A stretch of DNA of 64,000 bases from a virus. Taxonomy: Duplodnaviria; Caudoviricetes. The notes under the pieces were generated by a model, which saw nothing but the letters and a program-made list of their open reading frames with translations, searched no databases and was not told the DNA's origin. The stretch covers positions 64,001 to 128,000 of the IMG/VR virus record IMGVR_UViG_3300026549_000034; one strand, 5' to 3'. Position numbers and translations under genes: made by a program. Position 1 is the first letter of the stretch, and every line of letters starts with the position of its first letter. Below, in pieces: positions 20,059-31,414 of the stretch.

Positions 20059-20694
20059 ATGACAGACAATTACAATAATATTTATGAATATATGCATAAT
20101 CTTGGTATAGTTAATACTAAAGATGAAGCAATGAAAAGTGATTTGTTTTTTGATATACAATTAATTCGACGTGGTAAGGATCATCCAAATATGCCAGCAG
20201 CTAATTATACATTTAAGACTTATTATTTTGATAGTCTTGAAATGTTTAGTAAGTCTTATGATGAAATAAAGAAATGCTGTGAAATTTTTGGCTTACGAGC
20301 ATATGTTAGTGTAAATGTGAAATCAAAACAAGAGGCTGCTAAGAAAACACTTGAAAAATATGCACATAATATAGTTACAAATGAATATACAAAACCTTGG
20401 AAAGATTTTTCATCTATTTGTGGTGGTCTTAAGGGTAAAACTAAAAGATGGGTAATTGATTGTGATGACACTAATTCAGAATCTAACTATATTAAAGAAA
20501 TAAGTAGAATTATTACAACATGTGATTCTGAATATGCAAATCCAATTGTTACTACTATTAAGACAAAATCTGGTATTCATTTAATTACTAATCCATTTAA
20601 TATTAAACAATTTAAAAATTTATGTAATTATAATGGACTAGAAATTCCAGCTATTCAATTAAATCATATGACATTACTTTATGAAAATCTATAA
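20059..20694 (+). CDS. Conserved phage protein, AEP/prim-pol-like motifs
   Basis: RAYVSVN, WVIDCD, TKSGIHLIT (DxD and TxxGxH). Confidence 0.5.
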   Translation: MTDNYNNIYEYMHNLGIVNTKDEAMKSDLFFDIQLIRRGKDHPNMPAANYTFKTYYFDSLEMFSKSYDEIKKCCEIFGLRAYVSVNVKSKQEAAKKTLEKYAHNIVTNEYTKPWKDFSSICGGLKGKTKRWVIDCDDTNSESNYIKEISRIITTCDSEYANPIVTTIKTKSGIHLITNPFNIKQFKNLCNYNGLEIPAIQLNHMTLLYENL

Positions 20695-20700
20695 AATTTT

Positions 20701-20729
20701 TTGAATATTATTAAAATTTTTACTATATT
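20701..20729 (+). promoter_or_regulatory. Putative early promoter TTGAAT-N14-TACTATATT
   Basis: Same spacing at 38055 and 49233. Confidence 0.55.
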
Positions 20730-20757
20730 AAAAAAGTAAATTAAAAATATATTCAAA

Positions 20758-21438
20758 ATGAAAAGAAATGCTGGTTATAATTTGTTAGTAATATTTTTTA
20801 TGATTGCAATGTGTCATAGATTTTATTCTTTGACAACATTAGAAGTAAAAGCTGATAACATTAAGCATATTGCTATTCTTAATGACAGCGTAATAGAAAA
20901 CAAATTGATTGAAACGGCAAAGATAGATGTAAATAATAAATCTATTTTAAAAGTAAAAAACAAAAAATATACATTGTCAAAAATTGGTAAGGATTTTATA
21001 AAGTCAAATGAAACATGTGTATTAGATGCTTATAATGATCCAGATCCAAAAAGACGTTCTGTTGGCTGGGGACATCAAATTAGACCAGGTGAGAATCTTG
21101 AACATATTACACAAAAGAAAGCAGATGAACTTTTTGAAAAGGATATTGAATGGGTAAATGATGCTATTAATAGATTAATTGCGAAGAATGACAATAGATT
21201 TACTTATTCACAAGGATTTATTGATGGTCTTGGAAGTCTTATTTATAACTGCGGTGAACGTGGTGTAACATTGACAGAATTCTGGAGTAGATGGCAAAAA
21301 TGCAGATATAACAGTAAAATTGGAAATATAAATGAAAATGATTTGACTTATACAATATCTGCAGTAAAGACAAGTAGAATATCAGCACCAGGACATATAC
21401 AAAGAAGATATAGAGAACATTTAATGATGCTTAATTAA
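20758..21438 (+). CDS. GH24 lysozyme with N-terminal hydrophobic/signal segment
   Basis: E-TCVLDAYN-D...SVGWGH, IT...A..LF..D, YNCG, RR..E. Confidence 0.8.
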   Translation: MKRNAGYNLLVIFFMIAMCHRFYSLTTLEVKADNIKHIAILNDSVIENKLIETAKIDVNNKSILKVKNKKYTLSKIGKDFIKSNETCVLDAYNDPDPKRRSVGWGHQIRPGENLEHITQKKADELFEKDIEWVNDAINRLIAKNDNRFTYSQGFIDGLGSLIYNCGERGVTLTEFWSRWQKCRYNSKIGNINENDLTYTISAVKTSRISAPGHIQRRYREHLMMLN

Positions 21439-21473
21439 TTTTAAATTAATTTTTTATATTGTTTTATTTTATG

Positions 21474-21505
21474 AAAGATATCTCTGAAATATGAGATATC
21501 TTTTT
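21474..21505 (+). terminator. Intrinsic terminator
   Basis: aaagatatctc...gagatatcttttt. Confidence 0.65.
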
Positions 21506-21522
21506 ATTTTTAAATATATAAA
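21505..21522 (+). promoter_or_regulatory. Putative late promoter TATTTTTAAATATATAAA
   Basis: Identical 18-mer at 25077; variants upstream of other structural genes. Confidence 0.5.
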
Positions 21523-21541
21523 GTGAATATATAGATTAACA

Positions 21542-23896
21542 ATGGGTTTATTAAAGAATTTATTTAACGGATTGGGTAAAAGCAGTTTTTCAAATAATAA
21601 TATATCCGATATATCTGATGGAATAGAGAATAATCCATCTTCAAAAAATGTAATACTATCATACGGTGGTGGTTTTACAGATTCAGTTATGGGATTTCAA
21701 TCATGGGGTTTGAATAATTCTCAATTTGGAAAACATATAAATAAGTTACATTCTGTAAAAGATATTAAATCATTTAACTTAGAAAATATTCGTACACGTT
21801 TCTATAAAGATAATAGAAGTGTGACGCAATTCGAAAATCCATTAGATACAAATATATATACACCTTATAAATCTTATTATGGTAATAGTTCGGTAAATAA
21901 TACTGTAAGCAATGTAGAAAATATATTTAATCCTGATGTTAATTCATTATTATTAATGAATAACTATAAGTTTCAATATAAAAACCCAATAAATGTAAAA
22001 ATAGATGAATATGCTGATAAGGATGGAAACAAGAAAGCAAAATATGTTCCTATAAAAGTTGTACCTGCATTATTTAATCCTTTATATACTGTACAATCAA
22101 TAGGTATGGCCCGTAATACACCTTTACTTAATTTACGAAATTATGAAGGATATGGGGACGGAACTACATATAGTAATAATGTAGATACAAGTGATTGTAC
22201 TATAAGAACATTAGTAAAATTGTCTAGACTTGACTATGGTGAACTTGGTACAGCAAGATATAAATATGCAGATTTTATGTATTGTAAAGATCTTGGAAAG
22301 GTATCTAATAACCATTTAATAACATTACGTAAATATCCATATCCTATAGGTGACAATATTACTGGTAGAAATTCTGCATTATTTAATACTGGTGATGTTG
22401 GGCGTTTAATTACATGGTTTGATACGGAAGACAATAAAATTGAAGATATATTAAGTTATAGTTTTAAGGCTACGTGGAAAGAATTAACTTCAGAAAGACA
22501 GGATATTGATAGTAAGGCTGGTGATGAAGCTCGTGGACCAATTGGAAAAATACTTAATACACTTAATCCTGCAGCAAATAAATCTATATATAGTGGTGGC
22601 GCTGGTGGTGGTTCTAATTTAAGCATATTTCCAAATGTTCAAACAAAAGATAGTGGTTACACTGACATCCAAAGAGCATATGACAAAAACAAAGTATATA
22701 CTCCTTTTGATACCATACAAGACACCCATACATATGAAGGTAAATTACAGTTTGCACATGAATTCAAATTGACGTTTTCATATAAATTAAGAGCATATGA
22801 CAATATAAATCCAAAATCAGCATTCTTAGATTTAATTGGTAATATACTTGAAGTAACATATCGTAGAGGAAGATTCTGGGGTGGTGAACGTAAACTTATT
22901 GGAATGCCAGAAAATAAAACAGGATGGCAAAAGGCAAATGCATTTTTAGACAATACTTTTATGGAAACATCAGATGTATTTAATTCTATATTAAATGGAA
23001 CATTTGATTTTAAGTCAATAATAAGTAAAGTAACAGCATTTATAAGTGGTGGATTAACATGGGATTCTATAAAAAATTTTGGGCAACAAGCAAAAGAAAC
23101 TGCTAAAGAGATTTTAAGTAGTTCACAAGTTGTTGAAGGATTTTTAGGATCATTAAAAAATAAATTAGGTCGACCATCTGTATATGCAACTGATTCATTA
23201 TTAACCGGAGACAATGTGGGACTTTGGCATGTAACTATAGGTAATCCTCGTAATCCTATTATGAGTATGGGCAATCTTATATTGACAGATACAGTAATAC
23301 AACATTTAGGACCATTAGGATTAGATGATTTCCCAACTGAACTTAAAGTAACTGTAACATTAAAGCACGCACGTAGTAGAGATGCCGTTGATATTAGTAG
23401 AATGTATACAAGTGGTGAAAATACTATTTATTATAGTTTTAAAAATCCTGGTTTAAAAAACTGGATTGCTGGTGTTGATCAAGATTACGAAATGAAAGAT
23501 GTACAAAGACAAACTAAATATGAGGGTAAAGATATATCAACTGGTAACAATAATGATCAAACACAAGAGCAACAAAACAAAGAAAATCAACAAAATCAAC
23601 AAAATCAACAAAAAGACGGTATAGTTGAAGAAAAAGTTACATATGATTCTGGAAAAGTACAATATGTTGATAAAGATGGTAAAACTGTTGTATATGATGG
23701 TACGGTTTCACAATTTAGAAGTAATCAGCTAGATAAGTATTTGATTGAGAACAACCATGCACTTTTTGATAAAGATAATATTACAGGAATACTTGATTAT
23801 AATGACATTAGTCAACCAAATACACCACCAGAAATTGAGCAGACTAATCAATTATTAGCATTTGATAGAGTTTGCGTACTTAATGAATTAGCCTAA
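21542..23896 (+). CDS. Virion structural protein, probably baseplate/tail-tube initiator (gp48/gp54-like)
   Basis: F.L.F.Y.LR, WHVTIGNP.NPI..MGNL, G.DDFPTELKV.VTLK pattern; late motif upstream. Confidence 0.45.
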   Translation: MGLLKNLFNGLGKSSFSNNNISDISDGIENNPSSKNVILSYGGGFTDSVMGFQSWGLNNSQFGKHINKLHSVKDIKSFNLENIRTRFYKDNRSVTQFENPLDTNIYTPYKSYYGNSSVNNTVSNVENIFNPDVNSLLLMNNYKFQYKNPINVKIDEYADKDGNKKAKYVPIKVVPALFNPLYTVQSIGMARNTPLLNLRNYEGYGDGTTYSNNVDTSDCTIRTLVKLSRLDYGELGTARYKYADFMYCKDLGKVSNNHLITLRKYPYPIGDNITGRNSALFNTGDVGRLITWFDTEDNKIEDILSYSFKATWKELTSERQDIDSKAGDEARGPIGKILNTLNPAANKSIYSGGAGGGSNLSIFPNVQTKDSGYTDIQRAYDKNKVYTPFDTIQDTHTYEGKLQFAHEFKLTFSYKLRAYDNINPKSAFLDLIGNILEVTYRRGRFWGGERKLIGMPENKTGWQKANAFLDNTFMETSDVFNSILNGTFDFKSIISKVTAFISGGLTWDSIKNFGQQAKETAKEILSSSQVVEGFLGSLKNKLGRPSVYATDSLLTGDNVGLWHVTIGNPRNPIMSMGNLILTDTVIQHLGPLGLDDFPTELKVTVTLKHARSRDAVDISRMYTSGENTIYYSFKNPGLKNWIAGVDQDYEMKDVQRQTKYEGKDISTGNNNDQTQEQQNKENQQNQQNQQKDGIVEEKVTYDSGKVQYVDKDGKTVVYDGTVSQFRSNQLDKYLIENNHALFDKDNITGILDYNDISQPNTPPEIEQTNQLLAFDRVCVLNELA

Positions 23897-23973
23897 ATTA
23901 TTTATTAAATATTTAAAATCTATATAATAACTAATACTATTTTAAAACATAATAATATGTTTTTTGATAAACT

Positions 23974-25038
23974 GTGGAAAATAAACTTTTATACATTGGA
24001 TTAAATGGTTTTGCTGGTGCTGGAAAAGATACTGTGGCCAAAATGCTAAAGACTATATTAGGATATAATTGGAATATTTTAGAAGATTGTAAGAAATTTT
24101 ATAATGAAATATATACAAATCCTGCTTGGACAGCAACATATCATACTGCTAATATAGATAAAGATGCAAATACAAAGGTTTTATGTATTGCTTATGCTGA
24201 TCAATTAAAAATGATATGTTCATCAATTTTTGGTATACCATTTGAACGTTTTTATATGAATAAGTCAAATGCATGGGTATGTATTAATGATAAATTCCAA
24301 TATACTGAAATAAAACCAGCATCTTCATTAATTATAACATCGGATGATTACTATTATTCATATGACAATTATATAAATAGTAATGATCAATATTGGATGT
24401 CTTTAAGAGATATTCTTGTATATGTTGGAACTTATGTATTACAGCAAAAAATAAATAAGAATATATTTGTTAATATTGTTCGTAATAAGATAAAGCAATT
24501 ATATGAAGAAAACAATAATCTGGAATATGTAATTGTAACAGACAATAGATTTATTCATGAACTAGAATATATAAAAGAAAATAATGGTATTACTATATCT
24601 ATTTTTAGAGATTCCATTGAGCAATTAGATAATGTAGCGGAACATGAACTAGATGCTATTGAAGAATATGACTTTGTGATAGACAATTCAAGAGGATATG
24701 ATGAATTATTTCAGGAAGTTTGGGATCTTGTACATGATAATATAGAATTTAAAAATGTTACATATTCATTATATACTCGTGACAATATAGACAATTATAT
24801 TAGACTATATCAAGAGACAGATGATGAACTAATATGGAAGTTATGTGTTCCGTATGGTATTCAAAAAATATATAAAGATGAATCTAACAATATAAAGTTG
24901 ATAGATCCAATAGGTGGTCCTACTATATATATGAATGAATATTTGGACATTAATAACAATAAACTTTTAGTAAACAAGATAATTCATAATGAAATTACAA
25001 ATCAATTCATTATTTATACAAACAAAGGAAATTCTTAA
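23974..25038 (+). CDS. Deoxynucleoside monophosphate kinase (T4 gp1-like)
   Basis: GFAGAGKDT, AYADQLK, R..L...GT, VTDNRF..E. Confidence 0.8.
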   Translation: MENKLLYIGLNGFAGAGKDTVAKMLKTILGYNWNILEDCKKFYNEIYTNPAWTATYHTANIDKDANTKVLCIAYADQLKMICSSIFGIPFERFYMNKSNAWVCINDKFQYTEIKPASSLIITSDDYYYSYDNYINSNDQYWMSLRDILVYVGTYVLQQKINKNIFVNIVRNKIKQLYEENNNLEYVIVTDNRFIHELEYIKENNGITISIFRDSIEQLDNVAEHELDAIEEYDFVIDNSRGYDELFQEVWDLVHDNIEFKNVTYSLYTRDNIDNYIRLYQETDDELIWKLCVPYGIQKIYKDESNNIKLIDPIGGPTIYMNEYLDINNNKLLVNKIIHNEITNQFIIYTNKGNS

Positions 25039-25052
25039 GAGTTTCCTTTTTT
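25024..25052 (+). terminator. Intrinsic terminator
   Basis: aaaggaaatt-cttaag-agtttcctttttt. Confidence 0.7.
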
Positions 25053-25109
25053 GATATGATATTATTGACTTTTTAATATTTTTAAATATATAAATAAAGT
25101 CAATAGTTT

Positions 25110-25967
25110 ATGATCTTTAAAAAACCTCTATTTAATGTTAAACCGTTAAAAAAGATATCTTCATTTATTGAATCTTCTAAAGAATCAATAGAGGAATCAA
25201 TTTATAAAAGAGCAGATCAATTACGTCAACAGTTAAAGAGAAGTTTTTTTCAAGAAAGTAAACAAAGTGAATATTCAATCAATTCATTAAAGTTAGTACA
25301 TCATGGTATAGATACAACAACCGAAATTATTGAAAATATTGATATGATATGGAAAGACTTAATAAAAGAAGTATTTGAAATATATGGAATTAATTTTGGT
25401 GTTACATTACCAAATGTTGAATATCATAACTATTTAATTAATAACCCTATTAATTTACAAGCAAATATGAATGCTATATGTGGAATTAGTCAAGAAATGC
25501 TTGATGCAATTTGTAAGTATGAAACAGGACATCCATTTGGATATGCAATGGAGGAAAAGGATTTGAATGGATATGATCTTGGTGATGCAGGCGGTCATTT
25601 AACATTTGGCTATGGACTTTTATATCATCCAACCGGGGGATTTATGGATAGTATTAAGAAACAATGGACGCAGGAAGAACTTGAAGGACTTTTCTTAGAA
25701 CATATAAACAAAAAGGTTGAATTAGTAAAGAAAAAAGCTACTTCTGCCAATGTATCATTAAATCAACATCAAATAGATGCTATGGTGTGTGCAATGTACA
25801 ACTTTGGTGATGGTTTCCTAAATAGACAACTTGGACAAATGATATTGGCAAATCCTAATGATTCAAAAATATATGATACATGGGTACATTTATCAGATGC
25901 TCAAGGTCGAAGATATCCTGGATTGATTAAAAGAAGAAAGTTTGAAGCTGATTGGTACGTATCATAA
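25110..25967 (+). CDS. Protein with C-terminal GH24 lysozyme domain (probably virion-associated)
   Basis: KYETG...DAGGHLTFGYG, LNQHQIDA....YNFG, GLIKRRKFEA. Confidence 0.8.
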   Translation: MIFKKPLFNVKPLKKISSFIESSKESIEESIYKRADQLRQQLKRSFFQESKQSEYSINSLKLVHHGIDTTTEIIENIDMIWKDLIKEVFEIYGINFGVTLPNVEYHNYLINNPINLQANMNAICGISQEMLDAICKYETGHPFGYAMEEKDLNGYDLGDAGGHLTFGYGLLYHPTGGFMDSIKKQWTQEELEGLFLEHINKKVELVKKKATSANVSLNQHQIDAMVCAMYNFGDGFLNRQLGQMILANPNDSKIYDTWVHLSDAQGRRYPGLIKRRKFEADWYVS

Positions 25968-25994
25968 AATATATGTGATAAAGTATAAATAATA

Positions 25995-26558
25995 ATGGAA
26001 TATAGTGGTGAAACATTTTCAGATGAAAACGGTATATATACTCAACATGGTATATTAGAAGGAATATTAAACTTCACACAAATAAATTCCTCATCTAATA
26101 GTATTAAAATTGCAACGGAGGCAGGTGTATCATTGGATCCATCATTATTTAAGTATAATCCAAATGGTTTCAATATATTTAATGCATGTAAGTTTCTATT
26201 AGATAGAGCTTATCCAAGATATATAAAGGGATTATGTGGGTATTGCGCGCGAGCAGTTAGACAAGCGCTTGAAGCTGGTGGTTTGTCAACTGCTGGTAGA
26301 CCCGGTGAAGCAAAATATTATGTTAATTTTCTACCTAAGTTAGGATTTAAGCACATTGGTACTTATACTAGAGCAAATGAACATACATATTCACCGCAAC
26401 CTGGAGATATTGCATGCTATCCACAAGTAGACAGACCGGACAGACCGGGCCACATATGTATGTTTACAGGTACTTATTGGGTATCTGATTATATACAAAG
26501 AAGAATGATGGAATATGGGCCTAATCAATACGCCTATATCTTTAGATTCCAATCTTAA
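25995..26558 (+). CDS. CHAP/NlpC-P60-like peptidoglycan amidase
   Basis: GYCARAVR.AL..GG, PQPGD, GHICMF.G..WVSDY. Confidence 0.8.
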   Translation: MEYSGETFSDENGIYTQHGILEGILNFTQINSSSNSIKIATEAGVSLDPSLFKYNPNGFNIFNACKFLLDRAYPRYIKGLCGYCARAVRQALEAGGLSTAGRPGEAKYYVNFLPKLGFKHIGTYTRANEHTYSPQPGDIACYPQVDRPDRPGHICMFTGTYWVSDYIQRRMMEYGPNQYAYIFRFQS

Positions 26559-26589
26559 AAAAATATACAAATATAGACAATAATTAATT

Positions 26590-28242
26590 ATGGAAGATAT
26601 ATCAAATATGACATATAATTTAGGATCTTGCAATCCTACACAAATACTTAATATTAATTTTCCTATTGATGATGTTGATCAAATTAGTATTATAGATGAT
26701 TGTGGTAATGCATATGACAAAAATTCATTATTATATTCATATAGTGTAGATAGTGTATGTTGGTCATGTTATATGTCATATGATAATATACTCAAGAATA
26801 CTGTTGATTTAGATGGTGATTTCTATATAAGATATAAGTTAAATAATATCATTGGTGAAGTACAGGACAACGGTGAGCCTACTACAGACTATACTACACA
26901 ACTTTCATCAGATTTTGAATTGACAACATGTGAGACACAATCAGCAAATGTATTTAATCCGTATGCAAACTTAGATAATGCAGTAAATCTTCAATCACAA
27001 CTTACTGAAACAATATCTTGTATGTTTGGTATACCTATATATTATTTTAAGCTTAAAGCTGATGCAGGCGCTCAAGATATTACATTCAAAGAATATGCAT
27101 TAATGAATGTTGATAGTGTAAAACAAATTAAATTACTTATTGCTGATGGACAAATGCCTTCATCAAAACCAGAATTTAATGATTTTGGATTAGACTTCCA
27201 GACCGATTGGGAAACAGAAATTTCAAAAGCAACATTTGCAACAGCATTTGGGAATACTGCACAGCCAACTGAAGGTGATTTTATCTATATACCAATGATG
27301 AAACGAATGTGGATGGTAAATCAGGCATATGAAGAAAAAAATGGTTCATTAATGTGGAATGCTACAACATTTAAAGTAATGCTTGTAAAATATCAAGAAA
27401 AAGGATCAGTAGATTTACAAGACACTGAATCATTAGTCAATTCATTAGTAAAGAATAAATATGAAGATTTGTTTGGTAATGATGACAATTCTACCTATGA
27501 TTCAGGAACAGCTTCTACAGATGCACCAGTAAGCGCATCATCTCAATTATATTCTGTATATGAATCTGATGCAACTCGCAAATATGTTACTTGTGATACT
27601 GTTTCATATGACAATGTTTCAACATATTTCAAAGGAACATTAATTAGTGATTCCAGATATATGTTTCTACGTAATGATGTAGAATCAAGAATAGTATATC
27701 AACAAAGATATTGTGGTAATAGCGCAGCAATATCATTCATTATTACTCCTAATGTAGAAACTGGAATAGACAATACTATTCTTAAAGTTGGTAATTGCGA
27801 AATAAAAATTAAGCAAGAAATTCAAACATCGTATTTGTATACTTCAATATACCCAGACAATGGCATTACTATATATAATAATTCTACATATTTTGTTGTA
27901 ATAAGATGGGATTTGGGAATGAACTTATTTGATATGTCGGTTTATGAATATACGTATAATCAAAACATTCCTCAATATAAACTAACAAATAGTCATTATT
28001 ATTATGATATTGATAATCCTACACAACAAATATCATTAAAATATAGTCAAGAACTAATTGATGATGAAGGGCATGATGTGTGGGTAGGAAATTTCAACGG
28101 TTTTATAACTAATATTAAAGTATTTGATGTATATAATGATAATATTAGTGAGCTTCTGCAAATGTATCCTACACATCAGCATTTAATGATTAATGATACT
28201 GCAAGAAGAATTATGGGAAATACTGGAGTAGTATTAAAATAA
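26590..28242 (+). CDS. Neck/head-closure protein (T4 gp14-like) with extra domains
   Basis: MFGIPIYYF, D..F.EY, FG.D....EISK..F...FG....P.EGDFIYIP...RMW.V. Confidence 0.6.
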   Translation: MEDISNMTYNLGSCNPTQILNINFPIDDVDQISIIDDCGNAYDKNSLLYSYSVDSVCWSCYMSYDNILKNTVDLDGDFYIRYKLNNIIGEVQDNGEPTTDYTTQLSSDFELTTCETQSANVFNPYANLDNAVNLQSQLTETISCMFGIPIYYFKLKADAGAQDITFKEYALMNVDSVKQIKLLIADGQMPSSKPEFNDFGLDFQTDWETEISKATFATAFGNTAQPTEGDFIYIPMMKRMWMVNQAYEEKNGSLMWNATTFKVMLVKYQEKGSVDLQDTESLVNSLVKNKYEDLFGNDDNSTYDSGTASTDAPVSASSQLYSVYESDATRKYVTCDTVSYDNVSTYFKGTLISDSRYMFLRNDVESRIVYQQRYCGNSAAISFIITPNVETGIDNTILKVGNCEIKIKQEIQTSYLYTSIYPDNGITIYNNSTYFVVIRWDLGMNLFDMSVYEYTYNQNIPQYKLTNSHYYYDIDNPTQQISLKYSQELIDDEGHDVWVGNFNGFITNIKVFDVYNDNISELLQMYPTHQHLMINDTARRIMGNTGVVLK

Positions 28243-28328
28243 TATTTAATTTAATGATTTTTTAAAAAGAACATATAGTTTTTTCAATATTAAAATATAA
28301 CTATATGTTCTTATTTTTGTATAATTGA

Positions 28329-29414
28329 ATGAATAAAAAGGTAGTTTGTTTTATTTGTAAAGTTGATGCTCCATTTAATGGTAATAGTCTAAATACAGGT
28401 CTAGGTGGATCAGAAACATGGACATTACAAATGGCTAATAAATTTGCTAATAATGGATATCATGTAATTGTCTTTAATGGCATACAACAACATATGATAT
28501 ATGGAGATGTTGAATATGTGCCATATAATATGATGGAACTTAGATTTTCATACCAATATTTTAATTATATATTTATTTTAAGGTGCATTGATCAAAAAAT
28601 GCTACGTATGATAAAAGACAATAATGAAGACAACAACATATATTTAGTTGCACATGATATTCATTTTTGGATTAATGAAGATGATAAAAGAATTATATTG
28701 AATAATCGTGCATTTGATTTTGAAAAGGATCTTAAAGATAATGAATGGGCACAGAAACATATTAAGAAAATATTTTTCATGTCAAAATATCATTATGAAC
28801 AAAACAAATCATATTATCCGGAAAATATATGTAGAATACTTGGTAATGGTATAGATATAGAAAATTCAGAATATCCAGATAGAGATAATTCTATTTTATG
28901 GTCTAGTTGTTATGAAAGAGGATTAGATACATTATGTGAGTATATTGCCCCAGTAATTATACGAAAAATTCCAGATTTTAAAATATATTGTTGTAGTTAT
29001 AATGGGGATGTTCCTGAAGAATATAAAAAATATCCTTTTGTTGTAAATCTTGGAAAGCTTTCAAAATCTGATTTATATAAAGAAATGAGAAAGCATAAAG
29101 TGTGGGTATATCCTAATACTTTCTTTGAAACATTTTGTATTACTGCTATTGAACAAGCAATGTGTGATGTTGAATTAGTAATGCCATTAGGACATGGATT
29201 GAGTACTATATTTGATATTTTCCATTCAAATTTCTTATATGAAGGATATGATTTTTATGCTAATTCAACTAATGTAGCAAATATTGTTATTGAAAGAATA
29301 CAAGATTATTATAATGAAGACAGAAAAATAATTAGAAATTCTATTAGAAACTATATTATAAAAGAATATTCATGGGATAGTATATATAATAAATTTATCA
29401 ATGAATTAAAATAA
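28329..29414 (+). CDS. GT-B glycosyltransferase (GT4-like)
   Basis: GLGGSE, HD, NGID, YPNTFFETFCITAIE. Confidence 0.85.
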   Translation: MNKKVVCFICKVDAPFNGNSLNTGLGGSETWTLQMANKFANNGYHVIVFNGIQQHMIYGDVEYVPYNMMELRFSYQYFNYIFILRCIDQKMLRMIKDNNEDNNIYLVAHDIHFWINEDDKRIILNNRAFDFEKDLKDNEWAQKHIKKIFFMSKYHYEQNKSYYPENICRILGNGIDIENSEYPDRDNSILWSSCYERGLDTLCEYIAPVIIRKIPDFKIYCCSYNGDVPEEYKKYPFVVNLGKLSKSDLYKEMRKHKVWVYPNTFFETFCITAIEQAMCDVELVMPLGHGLSTIFDIFHSNFLYEGYDFYANSTNVANIVIERIQDYYNEDRKIIRNSIRNYIIKEYSWDSIYNKFINELK

Positions 29415-29418
29415 AGTT

Positions 29419-30516
29419 ATGAAAAAGACTATAGCAATACTTTGTGATTATGAACAGTTATATCCTGAAATGATAAATGTCGGTTGTGGTGGTTCAGAAA
29501 CATGGGCAATTGAAATTTCTAATGAATTTTCAAGACAAGGATATAATGTAATTGTTTTTTCAACATTTGATAAATGGATTTATAATGAATTTGAAGTACA
29601 ATATGTACCAATAACAATGCTTGATGATATTCTTTCATATACAAAGATTGATCAGTTATTAATAACAAGAATAATACATAAACATACTTTAGACATATTG
29701 AATAAATATGACTTTAAGAATAAAATTTATATAATATGTCATGATATCTATCCAAGTTTAATTGATAGTAATAGTACATTTGATAATAAGTTGACATATA
29801 ATAGACTAATAAATGAATATCCTATATTATATAATAGTATAAAGAAATTTATTGTAATGTCTGAATTTGGTAAATTTACTTTACAAAGAGATTGTCAAAT
29901 TCCTAATGAATTGATAGAAATAATAGGAAATGGGATTAATTATAGTTATTTTATAAATAATTCTCCTGAAAGAGATAATGACATATTTTGGAGTTCTAGA
30001 GCCGAAAGAGGATTAGACATATTAGTAAATAAAATATTACCAATATTACATAAAACATATCCTGACATTAAAGTAATATATTCTCAATATGAAAATACAG
30101 ATGTTCCTGAAGATATAAAAAATAATAAATATGTAAATTTTATAGGAAGACTTTCTAAATATGATTTATATAAAGAAATGAGTAAACATAAGATATGGTT
30201 CTATCCTAATACTTATCATGAAACATTTTGCATTACTGCTATTGAAGAAGCTTTATGCAATAATGAATTGATTTTTCCATTTAGACATGGATCAGCAACA
30301 GTATTTGATATATTTGAAAGTAATTTTTTAAAAAATAATGATGATTTTGATAATGAAGAATATCTAAACAGTATTTGTAAAGTAATAATAAATAGAATAC
30401 AAAACTATAATAGTGAAAATAGAAAGATTATACGTAATTCAATAAAAAACTATATTAAAACAACATATTCTTGGGAAAATATAGTAAAACAATATACAAA
30501 ACTATTTAATTTATGA
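29419..30516 (+). CDS. GT-B glycosyltransferase (GT4-like), paralog of upstream gene
   Basis: GCGGSE, NGIN, YPNTYHETFCITAIE. Confidence 0.85.
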   Translation: MKKTIAILCDYEQLYPEMINVGCGGSETWAIEISNEFSRQGYNVIVFSTFDKWIYNEFEVQYVPITMLDDILSYTKIDQLLITRIIHKHTLDILNKYDFKNKIYIICHDIYPSLIDSNSTFDNKLTYNRLINEYPILYNSIKKFIVMSEFGKFTLQRDCQIPNELIEIIGNGINYSYFINNSPERDNDIFWSSRAERGLDILVNKILPILHKTYPDIKVIYSQYENTDVPEDIKNNKYVNFIGRLSKYDLYKEMSKHKIWFYPNTYHETFCITAIEEALCNNELIFPFRHGSATVFDIFESNFLKNNDDFDNEEYLNSICKVIINRIQNYNSENRKIIRNSIKNYIKTTYSWENIVKQYTKLFNL

Positions 30517-31409
30517 AAGAACAATTAGTAATACTTATACCTACTTTTAGATTTGATAATTTAATATCTATATTAAGAAACATAGATAGATATTATGAAA
30601 AATATTCACAAAAATTTGATATATATATTGTAATATGTAAAGATAAATTAAATAATATTGGATCTTTTGATGCAGCTTATGAATTTCTTAATAATTCTTC
30701 AATGAATTGGCTTGCACTTGAATCCGGTCATATAAAACGTACAGAGTCAACTTCTGGAAATTATGGCGGTGATATAATGAATGAACCATTAAAATTTGCT
30801 GTTGATGAATATTTCAAACTAAATAATCCATGGGTATATATATTGGATGATGACAACATAATTCATCATGACTTTTTTGACATGTTTCTATATGTTTTAG
30901 ATATGATGAAAGTAAACAATTCCAATAAAGATGTATTACTTATGAATATGGCTTTACAAGATGGTTTGATTAAAGAAATATATCCTTATGCATTAGTTGA
31001 TAGGCATGAAAATAGTAAATGGTCTGGCTGGTCAGAAAATGCAGATCCATCACAAGTAATTCTTAAATATGACATAATTAAGAAATATGGATATTATGGT
31101 GGTGGATTTCTTTATGATTTTGAATGGTTGAATAATCAATTATTGTATAATGAAAAACAAAATGACAATATTTTTTATTATAGTAATTTATCTAATCATA
31201 TTGTTTCTTGTTATCATAATGGTTTACATGATACTAAAGAACTAGAACAATATGTAAATTCAAATATTGAAGACATTAATATAGATTTACATATTCAAAA
31301 TATAAAATTAGGTACTGATAGACATTTATTCTCTGTTTTATCTGATGTTTCAAAAAAGAAAATATTAGATATTATAAAAAATGAAGTAAATGAAATTAAT
31401 TATAAATAA
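30513..31409 (+). CDS. GT-A (GT2-like) glycosyltransferase
   Basis: ILIPT.R, WVYILDDDN. Confidence 0.65.
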   Translation: MKEQLVILIPTFRFDNLISILRNIDRYYEKYSQKFDIYIVICKDKLNNIGSFDAAYEFLNNSSMNWLALESGHIKRTESTSGNYGGDIMNEPLKFAVDEYFKLNNPWVYILDDDNIIHHDFFDMFLYVLDMMKVNNSNKDVLLMNMALQDGLIKEIYPYALVDRHENSKWSGWSENADPSQVILKYDIIKKYGYYGGGFLYDFEWLNNQLLYNEKQNDNIFYYSNLSNHIVSCYHNGLHDTKELEQYVNSNIEDINIDLHIQNIKLGTDRHLFSVLSDVSKKKILDIIKNEVNEINYK

Positions 31410-31414
31410 CAGTT

